64,000 bases of DNA from Minisyncoccia bacterium (GTDB lineage Bacteria > Patescibacteriota > Minisyncoccia > Phycocordibacterales > UBA5272): positions 391 through 64,390 of the forward strand of contig JBDHUS010000001.1 in the NCBI GenBank assembly GCA_039809325.1, given 5' to 3'. Every line of letters begins with the position of its first letter. Position 1 is the stretch's first letter. Positions 8,681 to 19,070 of this stretch are shown one piece after another. Below the pieces are notes generated by a model. The model was not told where the DNA came from and made no database searches. It saw only the letters and a program-made list of their open reading frames with translations. A program made the translations under genes and the position numbers.

Positions 8681-9744
8681 TTCCCCGTAGATCCTGCTTT
8701 TTGTGTAGAACTTTTACAATAATATCCTCCCACACATTCTGTGTTACTATTTCCACCTTCTAATACAGTACAAATTTCTCCTGGGGCTTTTTTAGAATCA
8801 GGAAGAATTGTACATTTTCCCGTAGATCCTGCTTTTTGTGTAGAACTTTTACAATAATATCCTCCCACACATTCTGTGTTACTATTTCCACCTTCTAATA
8901 CAGTACAAATTTCTCCTGGGGCTTTTTTAGAACCAGTTGGAGAAATAGCTTTTGATTCTAATTTACAAGTGCCTTTTTGTGTACCTATTAATTCTACTCC
9001 TCTTTCATCTTGACAAGAAAGACCTGGACCGCAACTATTAGATTCTGTTGTCATACCTCCTAAACATTGCTGATTAAGCTGTAGTCCTACTTTTCTACAT
9101 ATTCCTTCTCCACTTGATAATGGTCCTCCTGTTAATTTATCTCTACAACCTAAACCTGTATCACAAATAAATCCAGGGGTGGTCGCTCCGGCAGTGCAAG
9201 CATCTCCTTCTGAAATATTTGCTCCTACATCTCCTCCTACATCTCTACCTAATATACTAGGATCTGGCTTTTTCTCATCAAATACTCCACCTCCACCTTG
9301 AGAAGGTTTATCTGATTTGGTTGTATCACAAGATCCATTAACACAAATTCTTGGTAAATTTATATCATTATTACCTTGCATACCTAAAATACCTTGTACT
9401 AATTTTATAATGCCCCAAACAGATACAAGTATAAATAAGGCGCCTAGTCCCCAAGTCATACCTTTTTTATCTCTTGCTAAACTTTTTTCATCACCTCTTG
9501 CTCTGTCATAGATAAATTTCACAAGTCCAAAAAGAAATGCCGCAAGTGCTGCACCACTAAAAAGTATTACTAAATTATCTACTATATTTTTATTAAAATT
9601 TAAAATGATTCCTCCAACATCTGCAAAGTCTGGCGTGTTATTAAATATGTTACCAGAAGTAGCCGCTAAAGAATGATTTAAAATCAAAGCAAAAGATAAA
9701 ATAAAAACTATAATTAATTTAAATTTAATATTTTTTTTAGACAT
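8662..9744 (-). CDS. secreted protein with a pilin-like two-helix module and multiple Cys-rich knot-like modules, including a perfect tandem 45-aa repeat
   Basis: FLFGLVKFIYDRARGDEK...GMTWGLGALFILVSVWGIIKL is followed by repeated C-x-C-x(2)-G-L/Y-x-C modules. The final 45 aa are duplicated exactly. Confidence 0.5.
   Translation of the reverse strand: MSKKNIKFKLIIVFILSFALILNHSLAATSGNIFNNTPDFADVGGIILNFNKNIVDNLVILFSGAALAAFLFGLVKFIYDRARGDEKSLARDKKGMTWGLGALFILVSVWGIIKLVQGILGMQGNNDINLPRICVNGSCDTTKSDKPSQGGGGVFDEKKPDPSILGRDVGGDVGANISEGDACTAGATTPGFICDTGLGCRDKLTGGPLSSGEGICRKVGLQLNQQCLGGMTTESNSCGPGLSCQDERGVELIGTQKGTCKLESKAISPTGSKKAPGEICTVLEGGNSNTECVGGYYCKSSTQKAGSTGKCTILPDSKKAPGEICTVLEGGNSNTECVGGYYCKSSTQKAGSTGKCVILP
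8681..8950 (-). repeat. direct tandem duplication, 2 x about 135 bp, inside a coding region
   Basis: About 118 nt are identical between 8682-8800 and 8816-8934 (cccgtagatcctgc...ggggcttttttagaa). They encode KKAPGEICTVLEGGNSNTECVGGYYCKSSTQKAGSTGKC twice. Confidence 0.85.
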
Positions 9745-9798
9745 AGGTTTGTGGCAGAATTTATATCTAAAATTATACCATGATTATTTTCATTTTTT

Positions 9799-10392
9799 TT
9801 ATTTGAACAACATATTAAAATTATAAGTTTTTCCAACCTGATTATATTTCCTATGGTCTTTAGGAAGTGCCCGTAAACTTACACTCATTTTAAAGGTAAA
9901 AGGCCTGTCTTCTTTAGCGTTTTCTAGACCGTCTCTAAAATACAAAGCTAAATCTTCTGCGTTCATATAAAAACTCTTTTTGTTAGAAGAAATTCTGGCA
10001 TAATTTAAGCCCTGCAGATTAGAGTCTGCATCTTCCCCAGGAAAACTCCATGAAATCTCGGACAAGCTTTCGTCAAAACTATATTGGTCAGCATACTCAG
10101 GATTTATAGAAACTCTTAGTTCTGATGGGTTCCCTGTAGTGTCATATTTGTAAGTGTGCAAAAAGAGTTCTGAAGGATCCACGTCTTTTTTTGTATTATT
10201 TGATACGCTTGAATTATTTGTAGCTGGAGTATTATTGGTAGCTGGAGTATTTGTGGTTCTTTCATTTTGAGGTGAAGAGGTATGAAGAGGTATTTGTTTC
10301 TTCTTCTCCCTCCGCTTCAGCGGTTGTATTATTAGAATTAGAATTATTGTTCTTAGTGTCTGTAGTATTTTGAGTTCCAACATTTCCTCCAA
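9799..10392 (-). CDS. hypothetical protein with Asn/Thr-rich low complexity; N-terminal limit uncertain
   Basis: ORF from a TTG start. The TPATNNTPATNN region is encoded by short tandem DNA repeats at 10225-10260. Confidence 0.25.
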   Translation of the reverse strand: MEEMLELKILQTLRTIILILIIQPLKRREKKKQIPLHTSSPQNERTTNTPATNNTPATNNSSVSNNTKKDVDPSELFLHTYKYDTTGNPSELRVSINPEYADQYSFDESLSEISWSFPGEDADSNLQGLNYARISSNKKSFYMNAEDLALYFRDGLENAKEDRPFTFKMSVSLRALPKDHRKYNQVGKTYNFNMLFK

Positions 10393-10417
10393 CAGACGCG
10401 TTATTTTTATTGACTCC

Positions 10418-11302
10418 CTATTGAGAATTATTACTTGATGATTCTACTTTAACTTCTCCCGCAATATCATTTAATGTATTTAACATTACTGCCACTGCTG
10501 CGGAAGCTGCTGCCGCAATAGCAATACCAATAACTACCCGGACTGCAAAAGCTTTTGCTTTTTTTAAAGCCTCAGCATTGCCCTGTGCTTTTACAAATAG
10601 AAATCCAGACCAAATAGTAGCCCCAACAAGAGCGGGAGCTGCTATATAATTTATTAAAAATCTTATAGCTAGCAATATTAATGATGGGACAGTTTGATTT
10701 GGAAAAAAATTTGCATAACCAACACCTTCTTTCTCAGTTTCTCTAGCAAGATTCTCAGAAATATTATTAATAGGATCTGCGGCCATAGCATGATTAAATG
10801 GAAGGATACTATTACTTGTATTTGCTAGTAAATCCTTTAATAGATTTAAAACTTCTGTTTGCATACCAAGTGCAGCCATAATACCAAGCACAAGACCCAT
10901 ACCAACAACAATTATTAGAAGAGCATAAATAGAATTCTTAATACGTTTTTTCCATTTTATTAAAAATTGAGAATTGTTACCATTATATACATAACCTATG
11001 CCAGATATTATCAACATCAATACAAGAGAGATAATTACTAGATAAATAGCTAACTGCACCAAAACTTTAAGAAGTTTTATGGCATCTTTTGGGGTACATC
11101 TTTCATTTAAATCTGAAGAATATGGGTCACATGGCATTAATCCGTGACTTCCACTACTCAAATTTGATAAACCTTGAAGGGCTTTCTCTTCTGCACTTTG
11201 AGCTTCTGCTTTTTTTACTAAAGGTGAAGAAAAATTAAAAGCAAAAATAAATAATAATGCTATCAATAATATTTTTGCTTTTTTCATAAATCCTTTTTTC
11301 AT
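10418..11302 (-). CDS. polytopic membrane protein with signal peptide; possibly VirB6/TrbL-like
   Basis: Signal peptide followed by 4-5 TM helices and an Ala-rich last helix. The topology resembles VirB6/TrbL, but no specific motif is recognised. Confidence 0.3.
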   Translation of the reverse strand: MKKGFMKKAKILLIALLFIFAFNFSSPLVKKAEAQSAEEKALQGLSNLSSGSHGLMPCDPYSSDLNERCTPKDAIKLLKVLVQLAIYLVIISLVLMLIISGIGYVYNGNNSQFLIKWKKRIKNSIYALLIIVVGMGLVLGIMAALGMQTEVLNLLKDLLANTSNSILPFNHAMAADPINNISENLARETEKEGVGYANFFPNQTVPSLILLAIRFLINYIAAPALVGATIWSGFLFVKAQGNAEALKKAKAFAVRVVIGIAIAAAASAAVAVMLNTLNDIAGEVKVESSSNNSQ

Positions 11303-11311
11303 ATATCTTTA

Positions 11312-12682
11312 TTAATTTCCTCCACTATAAATAGTCTGTAGATTATCTGCAAATATTTTACTTGCTTCTACTGTACTTTTTTCTCCATTATACACTTGTC
11401 TTATAGCTTCACGCATTAATCGTTCTAAATCTGTTCTATGTAAATCATAAAAATCTTTACTTATAAGGGCACTATTTCCAAATATTTCAGCTCCTTGATC
11501 TCCTGAAGAAATTTTATTTGCTATTTCAGATTTTAAAACTGATATTCCTCCTGTTAATGCAACTAAATAAGAATTATATTTACCTGGTGAAGCAAAATAT
11601 TGCATAACTTGATAAGCTAAACTGCTGGGGCTAGCTCCGACACTGGTATTCAACATAAAAACTACATATAATTTTCCATAAGTCGCAGAAACTTTGCTTC
11701 CTAAAATTTGTGGCAAAAGAGTATAGTCAAAATATAATTTTTGATTTGCATTTTTAATATATCCAGCTTCTGATGCAAATCCTATATAAAAAGCAAGATT
11801 TCCAGAAATAAATTCATTTAAAGCGCTACCAGATCTCGGAGTCCAATTAAAAGTTGGTTTTTGAGTGTCTGCAAAATCTTTTGTAAATGCAAGCGATGAA
11901 TTAAGTGGTGATATTCCAGTATCTGTATTATATTCATCCATATTTATGGTATATTTTGCAGAATAATTTCCTAAAGAATCTCTTGTATATTCTTTACTTA
12001 TTGGATTTTGTCCTTGTTGAAGAATCATCGCCATAATAATGTCTGTTATGTGTGGAATATTATCATAAGTACCAAAAGCAATTGTAGATAATGTATTATT
12101 GCCCTCGGAGTCTTTTTTTGTAATTTTTTCTTCATAATTATAAAGATCCCCCCATGTGGTTGGCGGAGATACAAATCCATTACTAGAAAGTATATCCCTA
12201 TTATAATAAAGGACTAGTGGATCAACAGATATAGGTAAAGCTATATATCCTCTCGGCATATCTATTAAATTTGAAGCTATATCAGCATAAATATTTCTAA
12301 AAGTTGTTTCTCCTATGGTTGACGGTAATGTATAATATATTCTATTTAGATTAGAAAAAGCTATAGAAACAGGAGCTATTATTAAATCTGGAGGATAACC
12401 ATCTGCTAATGATATTAATAATTTATTATTAAATTCTTCTAAAGGGACTTCTGTATAATTCATTGTATAAGTTTTTGCATCTTTATCAAATTCATCAACA
12501 AATGAAGCCATCGCAGTATTAGATAAAGTTCCCCAAACACGCACTGTTCCTGTTAAGCGTTGTTTAGAAGAATTATTAAAAATTGGAAGCTTTCCTGAAA
12601 AGCCAAAAATAGCAATTACAACTGCAAAAATAGCAACTCCTATTAAAATATTTTTAAAATTTAAAAACCTATCAAAGTTCAT
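11312..12682 (-). CDS. membrane-anchored extracellular solute-binding protein (family 1-like)
   Basis: N-terminal anchor, then TVRVWGTL...YPPDLIIAP...LPISVDPLVLYYNRDIL...PTTWGDL. This pattern is typical of ABC-type SBP_bac_1 proteins. Confidence 0.45.
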   Translation of the reverse strand: MNFDRFLNFKNILIGVAIFAVVIAIFGFSGKLPIFNNSSKQRLTGTVRVWGTLSNTAMASFVDEFDKDAKTYTMNYTEVPLEEFNNKLLISLADGYPPDLIIAPVSIAFSNLNRIYYTLPSTIGETTFRNIYADIASNLIDMPRGYIALPISVDPLVLYYNRDILSSNGFVSPPTTWGDLYNYEEKITKKDSEGNNTLSTIAFGTYDNIPHITDIIMAMILQQGQNPISKEYTRDSLGNYSAKYTINMDEYNTDTGISPLNSSLAFTKDFADTQKPTFNWTPRSGSALNEFISGNLAFYIGFASEAGYIKNANQKLYFDYTLLPQILGSKVSATYGKLYVVFMLNTSVGASPSSLAYQVMQYFASPGKYNSYLVALTGGISVLKSEIANKISSGDQGAEIFGNSALISKDFYDLHRTDLERLMREAIRQVYNGEKSTVEASKIFADNLQTIYSGGN

Positions 12683-12729
12683 ATTTTAAATAAAAAGATT
12701 TCATAAAAATTATATCATATTTTATGAAA

Positions 12730-13260
12730 TTATTGTGATTCTATATTTTTAATAGAAAAAGCATAATGATAGTCTCCTGCAGGAAAATGCTTTATTACAT
12801 CAAAATTATATTTAGCCAATATGGCTAAAACTTTTTCTTCTTCTATAATGCTATGTCTTTTAAGTGTTATATTTTCTTCTGTATTTTTCCAGTCTGCTAT
12901 TAAAATTCTTCCATCAAACCTTAATATTCTTTTTGCCTCTTTTATTAAATTATCTATATTAACAACTTCTGATAAAATATTTGAAAGTATAATAAGATCG
13001 CAAGAATCATTATCTAAATAAATCTTTTCTTCTACATCTGCAACTATTCCGTCTATATTTATAATGCTTTTTTTTTCAGCTTCACGATTTATTTTGTCTA
13101 TCATATCTGTAAATCGATCTATAGCATAAACTTTTCCTCTATCTCCTACAAATTTAGAAGCTGCAAAAACATAAGCTCCTGCTCCACATCCAAAATCTGC
13201 TACAATATCACCTTCTTTTAAATTTAAACTATTTATGATCTGTTCTGGTGAGATAAACAT
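12730..13260 (-). CDS. class I SAM-dependent methyltransferase (start moved to MFISPEQ)
   Basis: Motif I DIVADFGCGAGAY plus an acidic motif II (DLIILSNIL). The upstream 27 codons of the track ORF look non-coding. Confidence 0.7.
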   Translation of the reverse strand: MFISPEQIINSLNLKEGDIVADFGCGAGAYVFAASKFVGDRGKVYAIDRFTDMIDKINREAEKKSIINIDGIVADVEEKIYLDNDSCDLIILSNILSEVVNIDNLIKEAKRILRFDGRILIADWKNTEENITLKRHSIIEEEKVLAILAKYNFDVIKHFPAGDYHYAFSIKNIESQ

Positions 13261-13315
13261 AATATTTATATAATATAGTTTATCATAATAATATGATACT
13301 CGAATAATCTTTATT

Positions 13316-15802
13316 TTAAAGTATAGCAATACTTGCCACACTATCTTTATCTCTTAATTTCATTATTCTTACTCCTTGTGTTGCCCTGCCTAATGTTGGT
13401 ATTGTTTTTAATTCTGTTTTGATAACTTGTGAATTTTTAGAAACTGCCAATATTTCCGCTTCTTCATTTACTATTACTTTTGCTACTATTAATTTTCCTG
13501 TCTTTTCTGTAATGCTTACTGTCTTTATTCCAGATCCACCTCTTCCTTGAGTTTTATACTCATCTAGCTTTGTCATCTTTCCATATCCGTTTTCTGTAGC
13601 GACTAGTAATTTTGCTTTTTTGGCATCACTTTTTTTAATCACATCACATGCTGCAATATTATCTTTCTTATCTAGTTTCATACCACGCACCCCACCTGCA
13701 GTTCTACCCATTTCGCGAACATCACTTTCTGCAAAACGTATTGATTGCCCTTCTACAGAAGTCATAATAATATCATCCCCAGGCTCTACAAATAACGCCG
13801 ATAGTAATACATCATTACTGTCAAGCTTAATAGCAATAAGTCCACTTCTTCGAACATCTTTAAAACTTTCAGCGCTAGACTTTTTAATAGTTCCGTCTCT
13901 TGTAATCATAGCAAGTGAAAATGTAGAATTTTTAATATCCTTTGGCATTGGAAGTATACTTGTAATTTTTTCATCACTTGAAACTTGAAGATAATTCATA
14001 ATACTCTTTCCACGAGTTGCGCGCCTTCCTTCTGGGATATCATACATTTTAATTTGATAAACTTTTCCTTTATTAGTAAAGAAAAGTAAATCGGAATGGG
14101 TACTTGTAGTTAAAGATATAGTAATAAAATCTTCCTCTTTTGTATTCATATCTACTACACCAACACCCCCTCTTTTTTGTGTCTTAAATTCATCCGGATC
14201 TGTTCTTTTTACATATCCTCCTGCTGTATAAATAAGAACAGCTTCTTTTTCAGCTATTAAATCTTCTGGATTAAATTCTTTTGCTTTGTGAGAGACTATT
14301 TTTGTCCTTCTATCATCACCATATTTTTCTCTTATCTCCAAAAGCTCATCTTTTATAATCTTTAGCATTTTCTTTTCACTTGCTAAAATCTCTTTTAATT
14401 CTTTTATCGCTTCTTGTACTTCTTTAAGTTCATCTTCTATTTTCTTTCTTTCAAGACCAGCAAGTCTTTGAAGCTTCATATCAAGAATAGCTTGAGCTTG
14501 TAGAGGACTAAACTTAAATTGTTTTTGAAGTTCATTATGAGCTTCTTCTACTGATTTTGATTTTCTAATTAATTTAATTATCTCATCAATATGATCTAAT
14601 GCTTTTTTTAATCCAAGCAAAATATGTTCTCTATCTTCTGCTTTTTTTAATTCAAATTCTGTTCTTCTTCTAACTACTACTTTTCTATGTTTTATAAATT
14701 CTTCAAGGGCAGATTTAAGATTAAGAGTCTGTGGTACTCCATCTACAAGAGAAACTAAATTGACATGAAAAGTATCTTCGAGCTGTGTATGTTTATATAA
14801 ATAATTTAAAATCTTTTGCGGCTCTATACCATTTTTTAGATCTATCACTACACGGATATCTTTTGTAGATTCATCTCTTAATCCTTTTATTCCTTCTATC
14901 TTTTTCTCACGCACCAAGTCTGCTATCTTTTCTATCATATTTGCTTTTACAACTCTGTATGGTATTGAAGTAATAACTATTTGATAGCTACCATTTTTTA
15001 ATTCTACTATTTCAGCTTCACCACGAGTTACTATTCCTCCACGACCTGTAGCATAAGCATGCATAATATCATTCTTACCATAAATAACTCCACCTGTTGG
15101 AAAGTCAGGACCTTTTACTATTTCGCAAAGATCTTCTGTAGTGGCGCTATTATTATCTATAAGATAAGTCGTAGCATCTATTAGCTCAGTTAAATTATGA
15201 GGTGGTATATTTGTTGCCATACCTACTGCAATACCAAGAGTCCCATTTAAAAGAAGATTTGGTACAGCGGTTGGAAGAACTGATGGTTCTTTTTTAGTAC
15301 CATCAAAGTTAGGCTTCATATCTATTGTGTCCTTTTCTATATCACGAAGCATTTCAGAAGATATTTTAGACATTTTTGCTTCTGTATATCTGTACGCTGC
15401 GGCTCCGTCTCCATCAATAGAGCCAAAGTTACCTTGTCCCCAAATTAATGGATAACGAGTTTTAAAATCTTGCGCCAAATTTACCATCGCATCATATACA
15501 GAAGAGTCTCCATGCGGATGATATGATCCAAGTACATCTCCTACCACTGTTGCAGATTTTTTAAAGCGAGCTCCAGCTGAAAGCCCGTTTTGATGCATGG
15601 AGTAAAGTATTCTACGATGTACCGGCTTTAATCCATCTCTAGCATCTGGCAAAGCGCGATCAGTAATCACACTCATCGCATAGTTGATATAGCTTTTCTT
15701 CATCTCTTCCACTATATCCATGTCTACAATTTTGTCGTGCTTCAAATTTTCAGAGTTTTCAAGATTAGAAGATTCTTCGATTTTTGTATTATTTTTTACC
15801 AT
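13316..15802 (-). CDS. gyrA: DNA gyrase subunit A
   Basis: 828 aa with the motif [29 protein letters not shown]. Confidence 0.95.
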   Translation of the reverse strand: MVKNNTKIEESSNLENSENLKHDKIVDMDIVEEMKKSYINYAMSVITDRALPDARDGLKPVHRRILYSMHQNGLSAGARFKKSATVVGDVLGSYHPHGDSSVYDAMVNLAQDFKTRYPLIWGQGNFGSIDGDGAAAYRYTEAKMSKISSEMLRDIEKDTIDMKPNFDGTKKEPSVLPTAVPNLLLNGTLGIAVGMATNIPPHNLTELIDATTYLIDNNSATTEDLCEIVKGPDFPTGGVIYGKNDIMHAYATGRGGIVTRGEAEIVELKNGSYQIVITSIPYRVVKANMIEKIADLVREKKIEGIKGLRDESTKDIRVVIDLKNGIEPQKILNYLYKHTQLEDTFHVNLVSLVDGVPQTLNLKSALEEFIKHRKVVVRRRTEFELKKAEDREHILLGLKKALDHIDEIIKLIRKSKSVEEAHNELQKQFKFSPLQAQAILDMKLQRLAGLERKKIEDELKEVQEAIKELKEILASEKKMLKIIKDELLEIREKYGDDRRTKIVSHKAKEFNPEDLIAEKEAVLIYTAGGYVKRTDPDEFKTQKRGGVGVVDMNTKEEDFITISLTTSTHSDLLFFTNKGKVYQIKMYDIPEGRRATRGKSIMNYLQVSSDEKITSILPMPKDIKNSTFSLAMITRDGTIKKSSAESFKDVRRSGLIAIKLDSNDVLLSALFVEPGDDIIMTSVEGQSIRFAESDVREMGRTAGGVRGMKLDKKDNIAACDVIKKSDAKKAKLLVATENGYGKMTKLDEYKTQGRGGSGIKTVSITEKTGKLIVAKVIVNEEAEILAVSKNSQVIKTELKTIPTLGRATQGVRIMKLRDKDSVASIAIL

Positions 15803-15814
15803 AGTTTTTATAAT

Positions 15815-15870
15815 TTAATAAAAGAAAAAATGCTATATTTATATATAAATTATAGCATTTTTAAAATAGA
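15815..15870 (-). terminator. hairpin terminator downstream of the tailspike-like gene (AATGCTATA/TATAGCATT inverted repeat)
   Basis: Perfect 9-bp inverted repeat flanked by T/A runs between 15886 and the gyrA start. Confidence 0.4.
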
Positions 15871-15885
15871 TTTGAAAGTTAAAAA

Positions 15886-18800
15886 TTAGCTTGCAGGAGC
15901 GGGATCATCCGGATTTACCAAAGGTATTGTAGAGGAAGAATTATCAGTATTTTCTGGATCTGTAGAACTAGCAACAGTTGTGTCAAGATTATCTGCTGAC
16001 TCTCCTCCGCCTATTGATTCAGGTTCTTCTTCTGCGCCGCTCCCTCCGGTCGCGCCGCTTCCACCCGCATCCACACCACCTCCACCAATAGTATTAATTT
16101 TATTAATAGCATTTTCCAAAGTGTCACCATCAGTACAAAATCTTGATCCGTCAGATTTTTTGAAACAAAGTTTATTTTCTATTTCTACTCTATTAAAGTA
16201 TCCAACAACCGCAGTTATCTTTGCTACAACAAAATCATGAATAATAGAAATTTTATTATTAACTTTTTCTAAAATAATATTTAAGACAGATTTATTATAA
16301 TTATTATTTTCATTAATAATTAAATTAAGTGTGTTTGTTGCGTTTGTATTATCTATCATATCTGGAGTACTAGAACCTGTCAGAGTTGTGAATTGATCTT
16401 TCAAAGCATTCACAATAGTTGCTATGATTGGCCTATCTTGAAGAGATAAATATCCATTAGGTGATGTTGATACTGCTTCTGGTATTGCATTTTGTATGTT
16501 TTGAGCAGAGAAACCAGTATAGAAGTTATTAGTATCTAGTCCGGATGTTTCATTCCATTTGTATGAGATTGGGTTTATTTTTAATAGATCTAGTATAGAT
16601 CTATTGTATGGAGTTATGTTTTCTTTTAGTCTTTCGTCTGATGATACTGATAGGTTACCATTTGCGTCAGTGGTGAGTGTACCGGCTCCGAAACTAGAGA
16701 ATCTTATTGTACCTGATGCATGTAATGTAGCTGTTGGTGATGTTGTTCCTAGTCCTACTCCAATGTTACCTCGTAGGAATGTTTTAGTGATGGAGGTGTT
16801 ACCGAGGGTGACGGAGTTGGAGCCGTTTCCTGTGGCATTGTATCCTATTACTATTTCATTAGAACCACCATCTGTAAGAGCTTTAGTTAAAGAACCTAGA
16901 AGTACGGAAGTACTCATAAAAGTTAGCTTTACAGACCCTCCTGATATAAATTTTCCTGCGTCAGCACCAATTACAACATTATAATCTCCTTTTGTTACAT
17001 TAAGCATAGAGTTTATTCCTATAGAGCTATTCCCGTACCCAGCATCAAGGGAATATAAAGATTGTACTCCTATAGCCACGCTAGCGCTAGAACTTGTAGA
17101 ATTTCTTAAAGAAGATAGACCTATAGCAACATTACTTCCTCCATTTATATTATTAAAAAGTGTAGCTACGCCTACAGCAACATTCAAAGAACCCGTTCTA
17201 TTCTCTTTTAAAGACCCCTGTCCCAATGCCACATTATTATATCCGGTAGTATTTGAACTTAATGTATTATCTCCTACAGCTGTGTTGTAGGAACTTTCAT
17301 AATTGTATGTTGCCATTTTACCCATATTAAAATTACCTGAATTCTTACCTAAAAATATATTACTTCCTACAGTAGTCACTGCCCCATTATCTCCATAATT
17401 AAAATTATGTAAAAATGGGACTCCGTCTGAATATATTACTCCTATCACTTCTGATGAAGTAGAATTTTGTGTTGATGGTAGATATATATTTGATTCTGAT
17501 TTTAAAGAAGAAAATGTTCCAATATTTGGCTTAGCTATACCTATTGCCATTGGTGAAGAGAATATTGAAGAAAGATTACTTGCTAATAATACATTCGGTA
17601 TATTATTTACTATATTTTCTGTTTGAAAGTTTTCTTTTATGAATTTAGCTACTTGTTCTGCTACTACTTTATATCCATAGTTATTTAAATGCAGCCCATC
17701 GTAAGATAAAGAACTGGGTATTACATCATTATCAATATCTATTAAATCTTGCGCTGTTGGTATAATATTTGCATCTTGTAATCCTCGCTCTATTAAATAT
17801 GTACGGATATCAAAATAATTATTTGGATAAGTTGACGCAAGATCATTATTTAATTGTATAATGGTATTATAATTAACTTCTCCTTTTCTTTCTAAATTTT
17901 TATTTGCATTTATTACTGATAAAATTAAATACTTTTGATTTCCATTCAGATTTGCAACCATAGCAGCTATATCTGCTTCTGCTTGTGTTGGATTATTAAA
18001 ATTATTCCTTCCTGTCCAGATAACTGATATACCATTATTTAAATTTCTATTATCAATAATAAAAGTAGATGAAGTTGTAGAGACAATTAATCCGTTTACA
18101 TCTCTTGAAAATAAAATTGATCCAGAACTATATTTTAATGTACCATATATTCCAGCAAGTGTTCCTTTTATACCGTTAGCAGGACTTTGAGCTGTTACTG
18201 GCTCATATCCTATAGGAAAAGTAACAGTTACTGTCGCACCTGCTGTTGCTGGTATTTCTCCACCAACTATTGTTACAGTTGGTTGGTATGCTCCTTGACG
18301 GACAGCAATTTGAGTTGAGCCTTGACCACCTACTCCATTATTATAAACAAGAATATTCAATATTCTAGATAAAACATTTGGATAATTATTGCCAACCGTA
18401 GAGCCACCTCCCGATGTCAAACTATCCCCCCAAGCCGTCACAAAACTACTAGGATTTACTGTGCTTACTACCTCACTATTATCAGCAAAATTTAACCCTA
18501 ATGAAGCTAAAGTTGGTGTAGGATTATTTACTATTGTAGTGCTCTGTGTTGGGACAAATTGATATTGTGTAGAATTTGGAGTAAATATAGACGCCCAATT
18601 TGTATTAGTATTTGTTGTATTTATTGGTATATCTAAATTATTTGCTGTAGTAAATGATTTTTTATCTATTTCTGAAAGCTTTGCATTTAAAGTATTTATT
18701 TGTTTTTGTAAAGCATTTATTTCTTGAGAATAATCTTTATTATCAGTATTTTTATCTACTATTTCATTTGTTTTATTTATTTTTTCTGAACTCTTTGTAT

Positions 18801-19030
18801 CTGTATTATTTTCTACCCCTTCTGTATTTAGATTATTATTTTGATTATTAAGATTATCTATATTATTAACTGATGAAATAGATACTCCTAATACTTCCCC
18901 CCCCCCCCGCAGTATTTTGAGTATTTGTAGTATTTACTCCTTCTTTATTAGTATTATCTTTGTTTATTATAGTGAATACGGTAGTTGATACTATTGCTAA
19001 TCCTGCTATTGTGAGAAGTATGTTTTTCAT
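15886..19030 (-). CDS. large secreted tailspike-like protein: signal peptide, SGNH/GDSL esterase, Asn-rich repeats and a C-terminal intramolecular-chaperone (peptidase S74) domain. The reference sequence is frameshifted at a poly-G tract
   Basis: - The body (15886..18933) is one open frame containing the GDSLT block (AWGDSLTSGGG), DGLHLN, many N-x-G repeats and SSDERLKENI.
- The ATG at 19030 encodes a signal peptide (MKNILLTIAGLAIVSTTVF) in a frame that is +1 relative to the body.
- A G12 run (coding strand) lies between them; G11 or G14 would fuse the two. Confidence 0.6.
18897..18908 (-). repeat. homopolymeric C12 (+ strand) / G12 (coding strand) tract
   Basis: Read directly from the sequence. 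It is the only G/C run of 8 or more in a 30% GC window. Confidence 0.95.
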
Positions 19031-19070
19031 AGTTTTTTTATTTATATGAGTTTATTTTAACATGATATTT

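Noticed and set aside
8681-8950. Tandem repeat considered as a DGR template/variable repeat pair
   Set aside because: The copies are identical, with no A-specific substitutions. Both lie inside the same gene, so it is more parsimonious to call this a recent module duplication.
12730-13341. N-terminal 27 codons of the methyltransferase track ORF ([27 protein letters not shown])
   Set aside because: This stretch is low-complexity A/T-driven translation before the conserved motif I. The internal ATG at 13260 gives a standard-length enzyme.
18441-18441. GTG at 18441 as the genuine start of the tailspike-like gene
   Set aside because: A start here would remove the signal peptide and the about 150-aa N-terminal region that is in-frame coding-like. 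The upstream ATG with a signal peptide plus the poly-G tract fits a phase-variation architecture better. The GTG start cannot be excluded without orthologues.
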